Positions 1 through 13,247 of a DNA stretch of 64,000 bases are shown piece by piece. Made by a program: the position numbers and the translations under genes. Positions within the stretch are counted from its first letter, which is position 1. Each line of letters opens with the position of its first letter. The notes under the pieces were generated by a model that had not been told where the DNA came from, made no database searches, and saw only the letters and a program-made list of their open reading frames with translations. Origin of the DNA: Malacoraja senta (lineage: Eukaryota); assembly GCA_038087875.1 (NCBI GenBank), contig CM075985.1, positions 27,404,001-27,468,000 of the forward strand. Reading direction: 5' to 3'.

Positions 1-1177
1 ACCATGAACCTATGTCCTCTGGTCCTCGATTCCCCTACTCTCGGCAAAAGACTCTGTGCATCTACCCTATCTATTCCTCTCTTGATTTTGTATACCTCTA
101 TAAGATCTCCCCTCAACCTCCTGCGCTCCATGCTGCCTAAACCTCTCCCTATAGCTCACACCCTCCAGTCCTGGCAACATCCTTGTAAATCTCTTTTGAA
201 CCCTTTCAAGCTTGACCATATCTTTCCTATAACATGGTGCCCAGAACTGAACACCATATTCTTAATGAGGTCTCACCAACGTCTTATACAATTGCAACAT
301 GACCTCCCAACTTCTATACTCATTACTCTGACTGATGAAGGCCAAAGTGCCAAAAGCCTTTTTGACCACCTTATCTACCTGCGACTCGACCTTCAAGGAA
401 CCATGCACCTGTACTCCAAGATCCCTCAGCTCTACAACACTACTCAGAGGCCTACAATTTACTGTGTTGGTCCTGCCTTTGTTCGACATCGCAAAGTGCA
501 ACACCTCTTCTGTATTAAATTCCATCAACCATTCCTCCGCCCCCCTGGCCAATCGATCCAGATCCTGCTGCAATCTTTCACAACCATCTAAACTATCTGC
601 AAAACCACTAACTTTTGTATCATCAGCAAACTTTCTAATCTTGCCCTGTATTTTCTCGTCCAAATCATTGATGTCGGTGACAAACAGTAACGGGCCCAAC
701 ACCAAACCCTGAGGCACACGACTAGTCCACAGGCCTCCAGTCCGAGAAGCAACCTTCCATCATCAGTCCTAAATGGCCTGCGCTTTATTATTAAACTGTG
801 ACCCCTGGTTCTGGACTCCCCCAACATCGGGAACATTTTTCCTGCATCTACCCTGTCCAATCCTCTAAAAATTATATGTTTCTATAACATTCCCTCTCAT
901 CTTTCTAAATTCCAGCCAATACAAGCCCAGTCGACCCATTCTTTCATCATACCTCAGTCCCGCCATCCTGGGAATTAACCTACACTGCACTCCCTCAATA
1001 GCAATAATGTCCTTCCTCAAATTAGGAGACCAAAATTGCACACAATACTCCAGGTGCAGTCTCACAAGGGCCCTGTACAACAGCAGTAGGATCTCCTTAC
1101 TCCTAAACTCAAATCCTCTCGCAATGAAGGCCAACACACCATTGACTTTCTTCACTGCCTGCTATACCTGCATGCTT
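1..1177 (-). mobile_element. Decayed CR1 LINE 3' fragments (at least two, abutting)
   Basis: RT C-terminal peptides PQGLVLGPLLF, KFADDTK, LEYCVQFWSP; boundaries approximate. Confidence 0.88.
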
Positions 1178-1179
1178 AA

Positions 1180-2025
1180 AGCAGGGACTCTTCAGAAGGA
1201 CTTGGACAGGTTGGGAGAGTAGGCAGATGGAATACAGTGTAGCAAAGTGTGGAATCATGCATTTTGGTAGTAGGAATAAAGACGTTGACTATTTTCTAAA
1301 TGGGGAGAGAATTCAGAAATCAAAGGTGCAAAGGGGCTTGGGAGTGCTGGCACAGGATTCCAAAAAAATTAATTTGCAAGTCGGATCAGTGGTAAGGTAG
1401 GCAAATGTAATTTATTTCAAGAGGACTAGAATATAAAAACAGATGAAATGCTGAGGCTTTATGAGATACTGTCAGACCGCATTTGGAGTATTGTGAGCAA
1501 TTTTTGAACAATATCTGAGGAAGGATGTGCTAGCGCTGGAGAGGGTCCAGAGGAGGTTTACGAAAATGATCCCAGGAATGATTGAGTTAACATACGATGA
1601 GCATTTGACAGCTCTGCGCCTGTGCTCGCTGGTGTTTAGAAGGATGAGGGGGACATTATAGAAACTTACGGAATAGTAAAAGGCCTGGATAGAGTGGATT
1701 TGGAGAGAATGTTTCTACTAGTGGGAGAGACTAGGACCAGATGTAATAGCCTCAGAATAAAAGGAGGTACCTTTAGGAAGGAGATGAGGAGGAATTTCTT
1801 TAGTCAGAGGGTGGTGAATTCATGGAATTCATTGCCACAGATGGCTGTGGAAGCCGTCAATAGATATTTGAAGGCAGAGATTGATAGATTCTTGATTAGT
1901 ACAGGTGTCAGGGGCTATGGGGAGGAGGCAGAAGAATGGGGTTGAGAGGGAAAGGTAGATCAGCCATGATAGAGTGGCGGAGTAGACTTGATGGGCCGAA
2001 TGGCCTAATTCCGCTCCTATCACAT
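1180..2025 (+). mobile_element. Decayed CR1 LINE 3' end
   Basis: LQKDLDRLGE, RRNFFSQRVVNSWNSLP, CR1-type 3' UTR. Confidence 0.88.
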
Positions 2026-2689
2026 GAACTTTTCTGAATGATCTGTCTGATTTAGAATCTGACTATAGTGTATCAGAGGGTCTTTCTGGTCAGTTTCATG
2101 GGAACAATCCTTCTTAATCATGGAACATTGTGAGCATTCCCTCTAAAATGCAGCGAGACAGTGAAGATAGAGCGAACAGCAAAGACGATTCTGACTTTAT
2201 AATATAGTCATTATGTTTTTTTACTGTATTCTGTATTTACTGTGAAAACTCTTCATTTTCCTGGTGCATTTCCTGACCTTCTGTGGTGGATGACCTCATT
2301 CCTCCTCATCTATCAAATGCTGTGCCTAAAATTTGGCATCTTCTCTTGCCTATATTCAGTTATATTTCAGCAGATTCTAACAGTCTACATAGTGACTTCA
2401 ACCTCGTTTGTAATCACAAATTACCTATCGTTTAAGAGTTGCAGGCATTATCTCATTTTGCACCAACCAACAAATCAATTATTGCCATTCTTAAAATTAG
2501 AGCCACCTTTAATGCAGTAAGTTAATAATCATCCTGGTGAGCAGGAGTAGTTTACTGAAATTAAGTTAAATAATTGCTTTTTTGTTGTTGTTGTTGTATA
2601 TTCTCTAATACATTAAATGGGCAAAAGTTACTAAAGAGTATACCAAGGTATAAGATACACATGTATTTAGATGGGTAGGGGCTGATTGG

Positions 2690-3938
2690 GGATAGTCAGC
2701 CCAGTTTTGTAACTGGGTGATTGAGTTTTTTTTTGAAGATGTGACCAAGAAGGTTGATGGGGGCAGAGCTGTGGACACATATATAGATTTCAGCAAGGCA
2801 TTTGACAAGGTACCGCATGGTAGGATATCCTGGAATCCAAGGTCCATGGGATCCAAGGAGAGCTAGCCAACTGTATAGAGAATTAGTTTCATGGAAGGAA
2901 GCAGAGGGTGATGGTGGAAGGTTGTTTTTTTGGACTGGAGGCCTGTAACTAGTGGTGTGCCTCTGAGTTTGATGCTGGGACTATAGCTGTTTGTCATCTA
3001 TATCAATCGTTTGGATGAGAACATGCAATACATGATTAATGTTTGCAGATTACACTAAAGTGGGTGGTATTGTCGATAGCAAAAAATGTTGTCAAAAATT
3101 GCAGCAGGATCTCGATCAGTTAGGCAGGTGGGCTGAGGAATGGTTGATGGAATTTAATACAGAGAAGTGCGGGGTATTGCATATTGGAAAGTCTAACATT
3201 GAGCTAGATGTACACAGTGAGCGGCAGGACTCTGGGGAGTGTTGTGGAGCAGAGGGATCAAGGAGGTCAAGTGCATAGTTTCTTGAAAGTAGCATCACAG
3301 GTAGATGGGGTGGTCAAGTCAGAGTATTTGGTATAGAAGTTGCGAGGTCATGCTGCAGATGCATAATACATTGGTGAGGCCATATTTAGAGTGTTGTGTT
3401 CAGTTTTGATCACACTGTTCTAGGAACGATGTTGTTAAGCTGGAATTAATGTAGAGAAAATTTACCAGGATGGTGCTAGGACTCGAGGGCCTGAGCTAAA
3501 GAAAGAAGTTGAGCAGGTTAGGACTCTATTCCATGGAGCGCAGGGGTTTGAGGGGTGATCTTTTTGAGGTGCATAAGATCATGAGAGGATTAGATAGGGT
3601 AAATGCACAGAGTCTTTTAACCAGAGTACAGGAATCAAGAATCAGAGGTATAGGTTTAAGTGAGGGGATAAAGATTTAATAGGAACCTGAGGGCAACTTT
3701 TCTACACAAACGGTGGTACGTGTAGGTGTATGGAATGAGCTGCCAGGGGAAGCAGTAGAGGCAGGCTCAATCACAGAGTTAAAAAAAACATTTGGACTAT
3801 TGCATGGATAGGATAGATTTCAAAGGACATGGGTCAAACTCAGGCAGGTGGGACTAGTGTAGACAGGGCATGTTGGTCAGCATGGGAAAGTTGGGCCAAA
3901 GGGCCTGTTTCCATGCTGTACTACTCTTTGACTCTATG
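2690..3938 (+). mobile_element. Decayed CR1 LINE 3' portion
   Basis: DFSKAFDKVPH and FADYTK remnants; ends in actct(a/t)tg tail. Confidence 0.88.
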
Positions 3939-4147
3939 TTGATTGTATGCGATGGTTGTTTTATTATCCAATGTATGTCTCCACTCTTCCCCATTTTTGT
4001 CGGGCAAAAATTGATGTTGCACTGGAAGGATTTTGGTGCTGACCTGTGATCATGCTTGCAACTGGAAAATATTACTTATTTCTTTCTCCTGCTTACCTAT
4101 TGTATGGAAAGTAGATATTAAGCAAAATAATTTATTTTTATGTTCAG

Positions 4148-4349
4148 ATCTGTTTAGAAATCCCAACACTTTTCAAGTCGTGTTCTTCTGATGCCATCAA
4201 CAATAATTTCATGAAGATGTGTCGACTGGATAGTTGTGCTTGTGGAGGAGCACCCGACTGTCATTGTGCCAGCTTTGGAAGAGCCTCAAAGCAATGTGCA
4301 CATGTAAATCCATCAATTTGGAATGCATGGAGAGATTTGCACCAATGCA
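4148..4349 (+). CDS. Mucin exon, C8 module of D1 (ICLEIPTLFKSC...AWRDLHQC)
   Basis: ttcag acceptor, gtaagt donor, phase 0-1, C8 cysteine pattern. Confidence 0.88.
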
Positions 4350-4499
4350 GTAAGTTACTGTATTGGACAGTCAAAACTTGAATTAAACTCCTTTGAAGTG
4401 TAATGGATTCCTTGTTTCAACAAGATTTTGCTAATTATCTCCTTTGCTTAACTGCACTAAGCAGCTCTAATTATCAAATCAACAAATCTTTTCTTTCAG

Positions 4500-4625
4500 C
4501 ACGACCTACCTGTCCAGGGAATCAGGTTTACCAAGAGTGTGGTCCTGCCTGTATGCCTACCTGCGCTGATCCATATTCTCAACAGCAGTGTGATCAATGT
4601 ATTAATACATGTAGTTGTCCAGCAG
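4500..4625 (+). CDS. Mucin exon, TIL1 (RPTCPGNQVYQECGPACMPTC...CSCPA)
   Basis: tttcag / gtaatt, phase 1-1. Confidence 0.93.
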
Positions 4626-5727
4626 GTAATTATATTTAACAGTTACTTATGGTCCAAAGAACTTTTATCAAGCATTTTATTGAATATAATGGAGCAGACC
4701 ATTCTGGACCATGTCCACAAACTCAACACGTGTGCACTTTTTACAGATGCAGAGCCACCCTCTGCACCCGAAAGGCACCAGGCATGGTGAAACAGGCTTT
4801 AAAAGTCCAGTAGTTCTCAGGCTGCAATCCAAAGGCTTCATCCTCAGAACACCATGATAGTTTTGTGGGGTGTCATTGGCTATTTAACTGTTTTTTAATT
4901 TATCTGATAATTCAGCTAAATTTCAAAATTACCCCACTAGATGTTCCAAAAAAATGTTCAAAATGTGAACATGCTCTAAACTCAAAATGTTCAAATATTT
5001 ATTCAAAATAATATGATAAATGAATAAGGAAATGTAATTTTAAAACATTTAACAAAAAGTTTTATGTTTTGAATAACAAGAACACGAGCACTTACCTGAA
5101 TTTAGCTTTGTCTACAGGGATTGTGAGTTGCTGTTCATTTGCCAAACGTCCCTGCTGTCAGGCTGGGAGCTGGATGCTCAATGCGTTTGGACTTATGGGA
5201 GTACATCCACATTTTGAAGAGCAAGAATTCAGAGACAAACTGAGTTGTGAATGGCTGATAATTATCAGCTCCCTTCAGAGCTTCCAGCTACAGTCAATGC
5301 CTGTGTTCAACACAACTGCATTATTATTTTGGGAATGAAAGTGCTCATTTAACTGAAAGGATGGTTTTCTCAATTCCTTTTTGCAATAATCTATTAAAGG
5401 ACCATTTGATGTTTGGATATTTGGAGTATGATAAAGCACAGCAAAGATATCCTTTAAAAACCTTTGACAAGATAAACATTTCAACAGTTAATTTCCAGAC
5501 AAATTACATTGTTTTTTGACAGAAAGTTACATATTTCATCGCTAGTATCATTGTAAAAGAAAGTACTAAAACCAATGCTGACCAGTTGTCCATATGATGG
5601 ACAGTTTTCTTAAAGAATTTGTAATTTTTGGAAATGTGAAGAGTGTGGGAGTGTGCAGTCCACCATTAGTTTTTTTCCCTCTATAGAAATCAATTAATTT
5701 GTAATTCTGTCCTTTATGTAGCAATCG

Positions 5728-6250
5728 TTCAATTCAATGGTTCTTTATTGTCACAGATGCACAACAGTTAAATTCTTTTGCACAATCCACAAATGCACAG
5801 TCGCCATATTTTGGCGCCGTTTACAAAGAAAATGTCCAAAGTCCGGTTCACATTCCGGAAGTACCAGAGCGGCCCCGATCCAGGCTCCTGTAGGCCTGTG
5901 ACCCGAAGTCCCTCTCCTCTCCCAGTTGCCTTTACATCCCGGGGGCACCTCCTGCAGCTGACCTTGATGGAGCTGGAGGAAAAACACTGGTCCCTCTCCT
6001 ACAGGCCAACTTCTCATGCCTGTAGTTGCCAGCGGTTCTCTCCTCAACTCTCTGGTCTTTGGGCTTTCAAGCTTCCCCGTGTAGGCAGCGGCTTGCTGGG
6101 TCCTTCTTCGCAGTGGCGAACCAGACTTGTCACCGCCGCCAGGTCTTCGTTCACGTCGGCCGCCGTCCTTGAAGAGCCGTCAGTTGTTCACGGCGGCCGC
6201 TGGGTCCGTTCTTGTATTTCCCTTCTGTGCCGCGGGCAGGAGCAATCTCA
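5728..6250 (-). mobile_element. Unclassified GC-rich non-autonomous retroelement
   Basis: GC island in AT-rich intron; minus strand ends gtgacaataaa plus ttgaa repeats. Confidence 0.45.
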
Positions 6251-6365
6251 CTTCTCTGGGAACGTTAACTGTTCTTCAGAAAACTTTTCATAATCTTCAC
6301 ATGAAAGTTACAGACTGTTTTGCTTTGAAAAGATGAACTGAGGCATTTATTTCATTGTTCTTCAG

Positions 6366-6486
6366 GTACTGTTCTTGATAACCTAAGAGGTAATAACAGT
6401 TGCGTCAGGCAGATGGATTGTCCTTGTGAATATGACGGAAAACTTTATAGCTCTGGAGAAATAAGAAATTCTTCCTGCCTCTCATG
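6366..6486 (+). CDS. Mucin exon, TIL1 end/E1 (GTVLDNLRGNNSCV...CPCEYDG)
   Basis: ttcag / gtaatg, phase 1-2. Confidence 0.9.
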
Positions 6487-6579
6487 GTAATGACATCAAT
6501 CAAAAGCATATCTGTAAATTAATATTTGAATATTACAGCAGAGATAATGTGCTATAAATAAATTTCCTTATGATTTTAG

Positions 6580-6718
6580 CACCTGCAGAGATGGAATGTG
6601 GGAATGTACCGACCTTAACTGTGCTGCAACATGCAGCATTGTAGGAGGGACACATATAACAACATTTGATGGCACACAGTATAATTTGATCGGAGATTGT
6701 TCATACTATGCAGTAGTT
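6580..6718 (+). CDS. Mucin exon, E1 and VWD2 start (TCRDGMWEC...HITTFDGTQYNLIGDCSY)
   Basis: tttag / gtacgt, phase 2-0, TFDG motif. Confidence 0.9.
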
Positions 6719-6852
6719 GTACGTAAGCTTTTGCCTTGTCAACAGATTTTAATCATTCTTGTTTAATTTTTCAAAGATGCACTTTGTATCTATTACCTAG
6801 CATACCCAGGAAATTCATTTCTGAGTTTTGGATTTCAAATTGCTTTTCACAG

Positions 6853-6945
6853 ACACGGGACTGGTCAGTAAAAATTCAAATACATCCTTGTCAAGCAGCA
6901 TATGAACAGACATGTTTACAACAAGTTGCATTCATCATGTACCAG
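6853..6945 (+). CDS. Mucin exon, VWD2 (TRDWSVKIQIHPC...MYQ)
   Basis: cacag / gtacaa, phase 0-0. Confidence 0.85.
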
Positions 6946-7038
6946 GTACAATTCTGTGATTTTTTTTTTCATTCAGGAACTTTATGTTTGAGTTATTTTT
7001 TCAGATAAGTTTTACAAAAATGTTTTGTTCCATTCCAG

Positions 7039-7111
7039 AACACTTACACAATCAATACGAAAGGTATTTTTACTCAAAATGGAAATATGATGGGATTGCC
7101 TTTCAGAAACG
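7039..7111 (+). CDS. Mucin exon, VWD2 (NTYTINTKG...LPFRN)
   Basis: ttccag / gtaaat, phase 0-1. Confidence 0.85.
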
Positions 7112-7205
7112 GTAAATAGTTTTCTTTCAATTAACCAAACAACCTATTATACAAATAAACAGACAATAGTTAAAGTGTACTTAACCTATACCATTTTTTT
7201 GTCAG

Positions 7206-7343
7206 GTGATATAATAATATATCAACAGTCATCACATTACATTCATTTCCATGCCGTGTCTGGACTGAAGATGCAAATACAGATACTTCCCATCATGCAA
7301 CTTTACATCTCACTGCCCAGAGGTGCTGAGGGAAGTACAAAAG
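7206..7343 (+). CDS. Mucin exon, VWD2 (DIIIYQQSS...IMQLYISLP...STK)
   Basis: gtcag / gtacga, phase 1-1. Confidence 0.88.
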
Positions 7344-7825
7344 GTACGACTAATTATACAAATCTGTGGGAACAAAAATTATCGATTATGAACAGTGTTA
7401 TGAGATGAAGTCACCAGACATTTGCTGAAAAACAGTGCTCTGTTTCACTTGCTATTTTATACTTCTCAGTCACTTTTGCTCTTTCTGGAACAATGTTCCA
7501 ATCACATTCTTCATCAACACACTTTGTCTCTTTAGTTTATTTGCTTGTTTGACTTTGTTCATCGGCCAAATAAGGAAAATATTTAAACGTCAATCTATCT
7601 AGTATTAAAGCTGCATTCACTCAGAACCATAGGGTCTTAGAGGTGCACAACACAGGAACAGGCCCTTTAACCCATCATACCAACCAAGTTGGCATACTGG
7701 CCTAGTCCTATTTGCCTGCATTTACCCATACTTGCCCATAACACTCTAAATTCCCATCCATATATATGTCTTAATAGTCAAAATTGTATCTGCTTCTGTA
7801 GCTTTCTCTGGAAACACGTTCCATT

Positions 7826-8110
7826 GGGGCAGCACAGTGGTGTAGGGGTAGAGTTGCTGCCTTGCAGCACCAAAATCTCGGGTTCGATCCCGACTATGGG
7901 TGCTGTCCGCATGGAGATTGTACCTTCTCCATGTGACCACGTAGCTTTTCTCCAGGTGCTCTGGTTTCCTTCCACATTACAAAGACGTGCTGGCTTGTAG
8001 GTTAATTGGCTTCTGTACATTGTCCGTAGTGTGTCCGTAGCTGTATAGTTGATCACTGGTTGGTGCAGATTCGATGGACCGAAGCTGTATCTCTCAACTA
8101 AACTAAACTA
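7826..8110 (+). mobile_element. tRNA-derived V-SINE/HE1-like SINE
   Basis: A/B-box head (ggttcgatccc), V-domain-like core, (aacta)n tail. Confidence 0.8.
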
Positions 8111-8584
8111 TATATGGATTACCCTCTGAGTGATAGAGGTTTCCATGAGGCCCCTCTTAAATCTCTTCCCAAAGTTGAAAATTCTCCACCATGAGAAAAA
8201 GACTACTAATGTTCACTTTACCCATGTCGCTCATAGCCTTGTACACCTCGGCATGGTCACCCGTCAGCCTCCTTTGCTCCAAAAAATAGTACCAGCCATA
8301 AGACACAGGAGCAGAATTAAGCCATTCAGCCCATTGAGTCAACTACCATTTAATCACGGCTGATCTATTTTTCCCCTCTCAATTCCATTCTCCTTTCTCT
8401 TCATCTCCATTCTGAAGGTACATTATTTTATTCTGAGACTGCCATCTGGTTCTCGCTTCTCCCATTACTGGAAACATCCTTTTATTTATCATGTGCTTCC
8501 AAGTACCCCAAAACCTAAAAAATGTTACCAACCACAGATGTCAGACTAACCGGACTATTATTTCCTTCCTTTTGATCACCCTTC

Positions 8585-8840
8585 TTAAACGGTGGAGTTA
8601 CATTTTCGATTTTCCAGTCCTCTGCAATCATTCCTCACTAGTGGTTCTTGAAAAATCAAATCCACATTCACTACAGCTACCTCTTTCAGAACTCTGGGGT
8701 GTAGCCCATCTGGTCCAGGTGACTTAATCACCTTCAGACCTTTCATATTCCTAAGTACCTTCTCCTCAGGAATAGCGATTACAATCATTTCTGCCCCTGA
8801 TTCTCTTGAATTTCTGGCACATTGCTGATGTCTTCCACTT
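8585..8840 (-). mobile_element. CR1 ORF2 internal fragment
   Basis: KSPGPDGLHPRVLKEVA. Confidence 0.8.
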
Positions 8841-9799
8841 GGTTGTTCAGTGTCAGAGGATTTAAACAATATGTTGGGCCAAAAGGCTTGTTTCCATGCT
8901 GTATGACTCAATGATTAGAACCACAATGGTGGGGTTGGGATGTCTTCATTAATGGGTGCTGAAGTTTGGGTTGGATTGCAGGGACTGGGTCCTGTCAGAC
9001 AGGTCCCCATAAACTATCATTGGTTCTGACATTCATAGAAAAAAACTACAAGTGGCCCCAATTTGACAAAGTGAATTTGTGCAGATGGATCATTAGCTAC
9101 TCCTGTGCATCCGAGGGCACTCCATACATAATGCACATGGATGACCCGAAAGAAAAATCAAAAATTTGTAATGGATGTAATTCGCCCACGATCCTGCTCA
9201 GCAATTGGTTTTGTAATGTAATTTGCCACATAGTATGCATAAAGATTGCAATAAACAAAATAATTTCAAAACCAATATATTTTGATTCATATATAGGTTT
9301 AGGTGGGGACATTTTGAACTTTATATTGAATGCACTATTTATGAGGAAACAATAGCTTCAGAGTTTTGAATACCAGCTCCTGCATCAGCTCTTTCTGAAA
9401 AAAATCTAATATTGATTTCCTTGCTATTGATAGCGATTGGTGCACATATTTAACAAGCACGTAGCTTCACTGTCTGTAACCCAGGGATCAGTTGCTTTTG
9501 TAAAGCCTTCCTCTGATCTATATAAAAGCATCAGACCTTATTTTTTTAGAATAGGATCTGGAATTGTTCCATGTTTGAGATTTAGAGATGCAGCATGGGA
9601 ACAGGCCCTTTGTCCACTGAGACAAAGCCAAACATCTCTGATTACACTAGTTCTATGTAATCCCAATTTTTCATCCAATCCCTACACATTCGAGGCAATT
9701 TTAGAAGCCAATCAACTGACAATTTGCACGTCTTTTGGATATGGGAGGAAACAGGAGGAAACCCACATGGTCACAGGGAGAAGGTATACTGTATTTTGG

Positions 9800-10662
9800 T
9801 GTTGAGGAAGTAGGGAGTCTGCAGAAGGACTTGGGCAGATTGGGAGAGTGGACCAAGAAGTGGCAAAAGGAATACAGTGTAGGAAAGTGTACGATAATGC
9901 ACTTTGGTAGAAGGAATAAAGGGATCTAAATAAATGGGATTTAGATATCGGAGGTGCAAAGGGACTTGGGAGTGTTGGTGCGTGATTCCCAAAATGCTGA
10001 TTTACATGTTGAGCCGGTGGTAAGGAACAGCAGATGCAATGCGAGCAGTCATTTCGAGGGGACTAGAATACAAAAGCAAAGATGTGATGCTGAGGCTTTA
10101 CAAGGTGCTGGTGAGGCCGCATTTGGAATATTGTGAGCCGTTTTGCGCCCTATATGTGAGAAGGGATGTGCTTGTTTTGGAAAGGACCAGAGGAGTTTTA
10201 GGAGAATGATCCCAGGAATGATTGGATTAACATATACATTTGAAGGCTCTTGGCATGTACTCGCTGGGGTTTAGAAGGTACCAGATAATGAAACCTACCA
10301 GATAATGAAAGACCTAGATAAAGTGGATGGGAAAAGGATGTTTCCAGTAATGGGAGAGCCTATAACCTGAAGGAACAGCATCAAAATAAAGGAGGTATGT
10401 TTAGAATAGAGATAACGAGTATTTTATTTAGCTTGAGGATGGTAAATCTGTGGAATTAGCTGCCATAGACGGCAGTGGAGGCCAAGACATTGGGTAGTTT
10501 TACAGCGGAGATTGATAGGTTCTTGATTAGGAAGGGCATCAAAGGTTATGGGAAGAAGGCAAGAGAATGGGGTTTGAGAGGAAATATAGATCAGCCATGA
10601 TTGAATGGTACAGTAGACTCGACTGGCTAAATAGCCTAATTCTACTCCAATGTCTTATGGTC
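9800..10662 (+). mobile_element. Decayed CR1 3' end lying between minus-strand V-SINE pieces (~9576-9790 and ~10665-10745)
   Basis: LQKDLGRLGEW...MHFGRRN; SINE-like flanks. Confidence 0.8.
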
Positions 10663-11162
10663 ATACAGTCACAAGAATAACATGCAAACTCAACAAACAC
10701 AGATCAGGATCGAACGGAGATCTCTGGCAATTTGAGGCAATAGCTCTAAATGATGTCCTGCATCTCAGAAATCTATTAAGTGGTAGTTTAAACACGAGAA
10801 GTGAAAAGTCTCACTGAAGATTCCCATAAACAGGCTGTCAATAACTTCCAGATGACCAGCTTATCAAGAAACCAGCAAAATTGGATAGACTGTATACTGC
10901 TCTATTTCCCAATAATACATCTTATTGATTTTACTTCAAAATAAAATCAGGTAGAGTGTTGAACTACTTGAAGCATGAATTTGTCAACCTCCCAACCCAA
11001 AGTCATTTTAACGTGTCTGCTTTGGAAAAAATAATCTTTTCAACAATGTAATAATCTGTGGATTACTATTGAGATGATTTTTTAATTTCATTCTTCTCTC
11101 AGAACATATTACAAAAAACATAACTGCTCTCTTGTGTTGACCTGAATTGTTACTTCCTCCAG

Positions 11163-11318
11163 GTTTATGTGGCACCTTCAATGCTTGTGCAGACGATGAC
11201 TTTCTATCTGCCTATGGCATGTTGGAAAACACTTACTTTACATTTGCTGATTCGTGGAAAGACTCGGAGGGATGCCCTTCACCAAGAGTAAATCCCACAT
11301 GTGTCAGTTCAGAAAATG
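11163..11318 (+). CDS. Mucin exon, VWD2 end (GLCGTFNACADDDF...FADSWK)
   Basis: tccag / gtacgt, phase 1-1, GLCG motif. Confidence 0.93.
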
Positions 11319-12963
11319 GTACGTTTTAATGGAAAAACATTGTGTGATTAAACTGGTCAAGCAGCAATTTTCATTTGAATGTTAACTTGCAAAAAAACTT
11401 GACCCCACCGTCTCACAACTCCAATTTCTGCCTACATTATCATACAATAAAAATAGATCTAGATACCTATGCATAAGGCTCTGAGAGTTTAGTTTATTAT
11501 TGTCATATGTACTGAGGTACAGTGAAAAGCTTTTGTTGTGTGCTATCCAGTCAAAGGAAAGATGATACATGATTACAATCAAGCCATCCACAGTGTACAG
11601 ATAAAGTTTTAAGCTGACTGAAAACTGATTTCTTTTAATTAAAAAAAAATGAAGCTGGGAGGCTGGAAAGCAAACATTTATGGAAGATTCAGAATTTAAA
11701 GATAAATTGTCATTATCGTTTTGGAGAAAATATCAAAAATAGACATTCTTGAGAAACTCGGGCTTAAGAAACAATCAGAGAAAGCAGATCTATTATGTGC
11801 CCAGTGGATATTTCAGGTTAAAATATTGTTCTGAAATAACGAAAGATGGAAATTGTCCTCGTTTAATGATCACCGAAGCCAGAGCACCAGCTTCCTATGA
11901 TTTGGAGAAAAAAATCCAAATGTAAACTGGAAGGGGTCACCTTCAATCATGTGCTAAATGTAATTTCCAGATCACAGATCCAGATCACTGAAATTAAAAG
12001 AGCAAAATAAACTGGTTTATTACACATAAAATGTCAAAAAAAATTACCGTTAATTCTAATGAATTGCCCTTAAATTTAATTTATTTTCCTTCTTGCAACA
12101 TAATTTAAAATAAATCATGCATGTTATGCCTCTGATATAGGTCAATGTGACGTCAGTATTTATTAACAGTCTGAGCACAGTTTTAGTAAGTAGGAATTTC
12201 CTGTGTTTCCTATAAACCATAACATTTCTGAAACAACTCTTGTTCAAGCTTGCCTAGGTCTAACCTTTGTGGTTCAAGGATTGCTAGACTGAGCTGACAA
12301 TGGAAGTTAGCATTGAGTTAGCATACTCCAGAGTATGAGCTCCTTAGTAGTCTGTTCTTGTGTTCCAACAAATGAAGTCTAACATTAATGAGCCAAATTT
12401 TGGGACCAATAGTGATACTGAAGCTCACCCTTTCACCAGAGGGCCTTGTGCAATGGCAGTAACTTCTATGACATAATTGGGGGTGGGGATGCTCGCAGGC
12501 AAGAACATGACCCAGCAAATAGATAGCTAAAATAATGTTGACAGACTTGAGTTAATTGGTAGTTGAGGTTGCCAAACAAGTTTTTTAAAGTTTTGAATAA
12601 TATATTTTTTAACTTAATCCTCCGCAATTGTCCTCCATTGAAATCTATGAAAGTAAACTTCTTGTTTCAAGTCTAAGCTGGCCAAAGTGAGAACAATATT
12701 GTCCATACTAAGTGATAGGAATCTGAGTAACTGAATAAGGGACCAATGTCAAGGAGAATTCAGTGAAATGTGGATATTTGCTGACCAAATTAGGGCCTAT
12801 GGATGTGAATCTTGTCAAAGAACACTCATAATTTCCTTTAATCAAAGTCAGTTGGTACATGAGTAACATACAAATGCTTTGCACGCCTGTTTGTATAATC
12901 CTGGCTAATAGGTAAATAGATAATTCATATTTTATGTATTTATAACTTATGTTTGTTTTGCAG

Positions 12964-13058
12964 AAATCTTTGCCAAAGCACATTGTGCCCAGTTAAAAAA
13001 CCCTACAGGAGCTTTCTCCAAGTGTCATTCCACTGTAGAATTTAACAAGTATTATGAA
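12964..13058 (+). CDS. Mucin exon, C8-2 (IFAKAHCAQLKNPTGAFSKCH...YYE)
   Basis: tgcag / gtaagt, phase 1-0. Confidence 0.9.
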
Positions 13059-13247
13059 GTAAGTCAGAATTGTAAACATATTTCCGCAAATGATAATATG
13101 TTCAGCCAGATCATCCTGGACCTGGTCCACTATCTTGACTTGCTGCCCATGGTCCCCACCCACCTTTGTGAATGTAGAGGATTGGATAAGTGACCCGCTT
13201 CTTAAGTTTAAATAGAGCCGACATACAGTAAACCTGAGTAATCGGTA

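Noticed and set aside
4-712. Plus-strand ORFs of 195 and 125 aa
   Set aside because: Antisense frames of CR1 RT
5778-6293. 171-aa ORF, and the overlapping ORFs at 41644-42179
   Set aside because: Stop-poor GC-rich repeat sequence with no recognisable domain or splice context
7826-7900. tRNA gene
   Set aside because: tRNA-like head of a SINE with no intact cloverleaf
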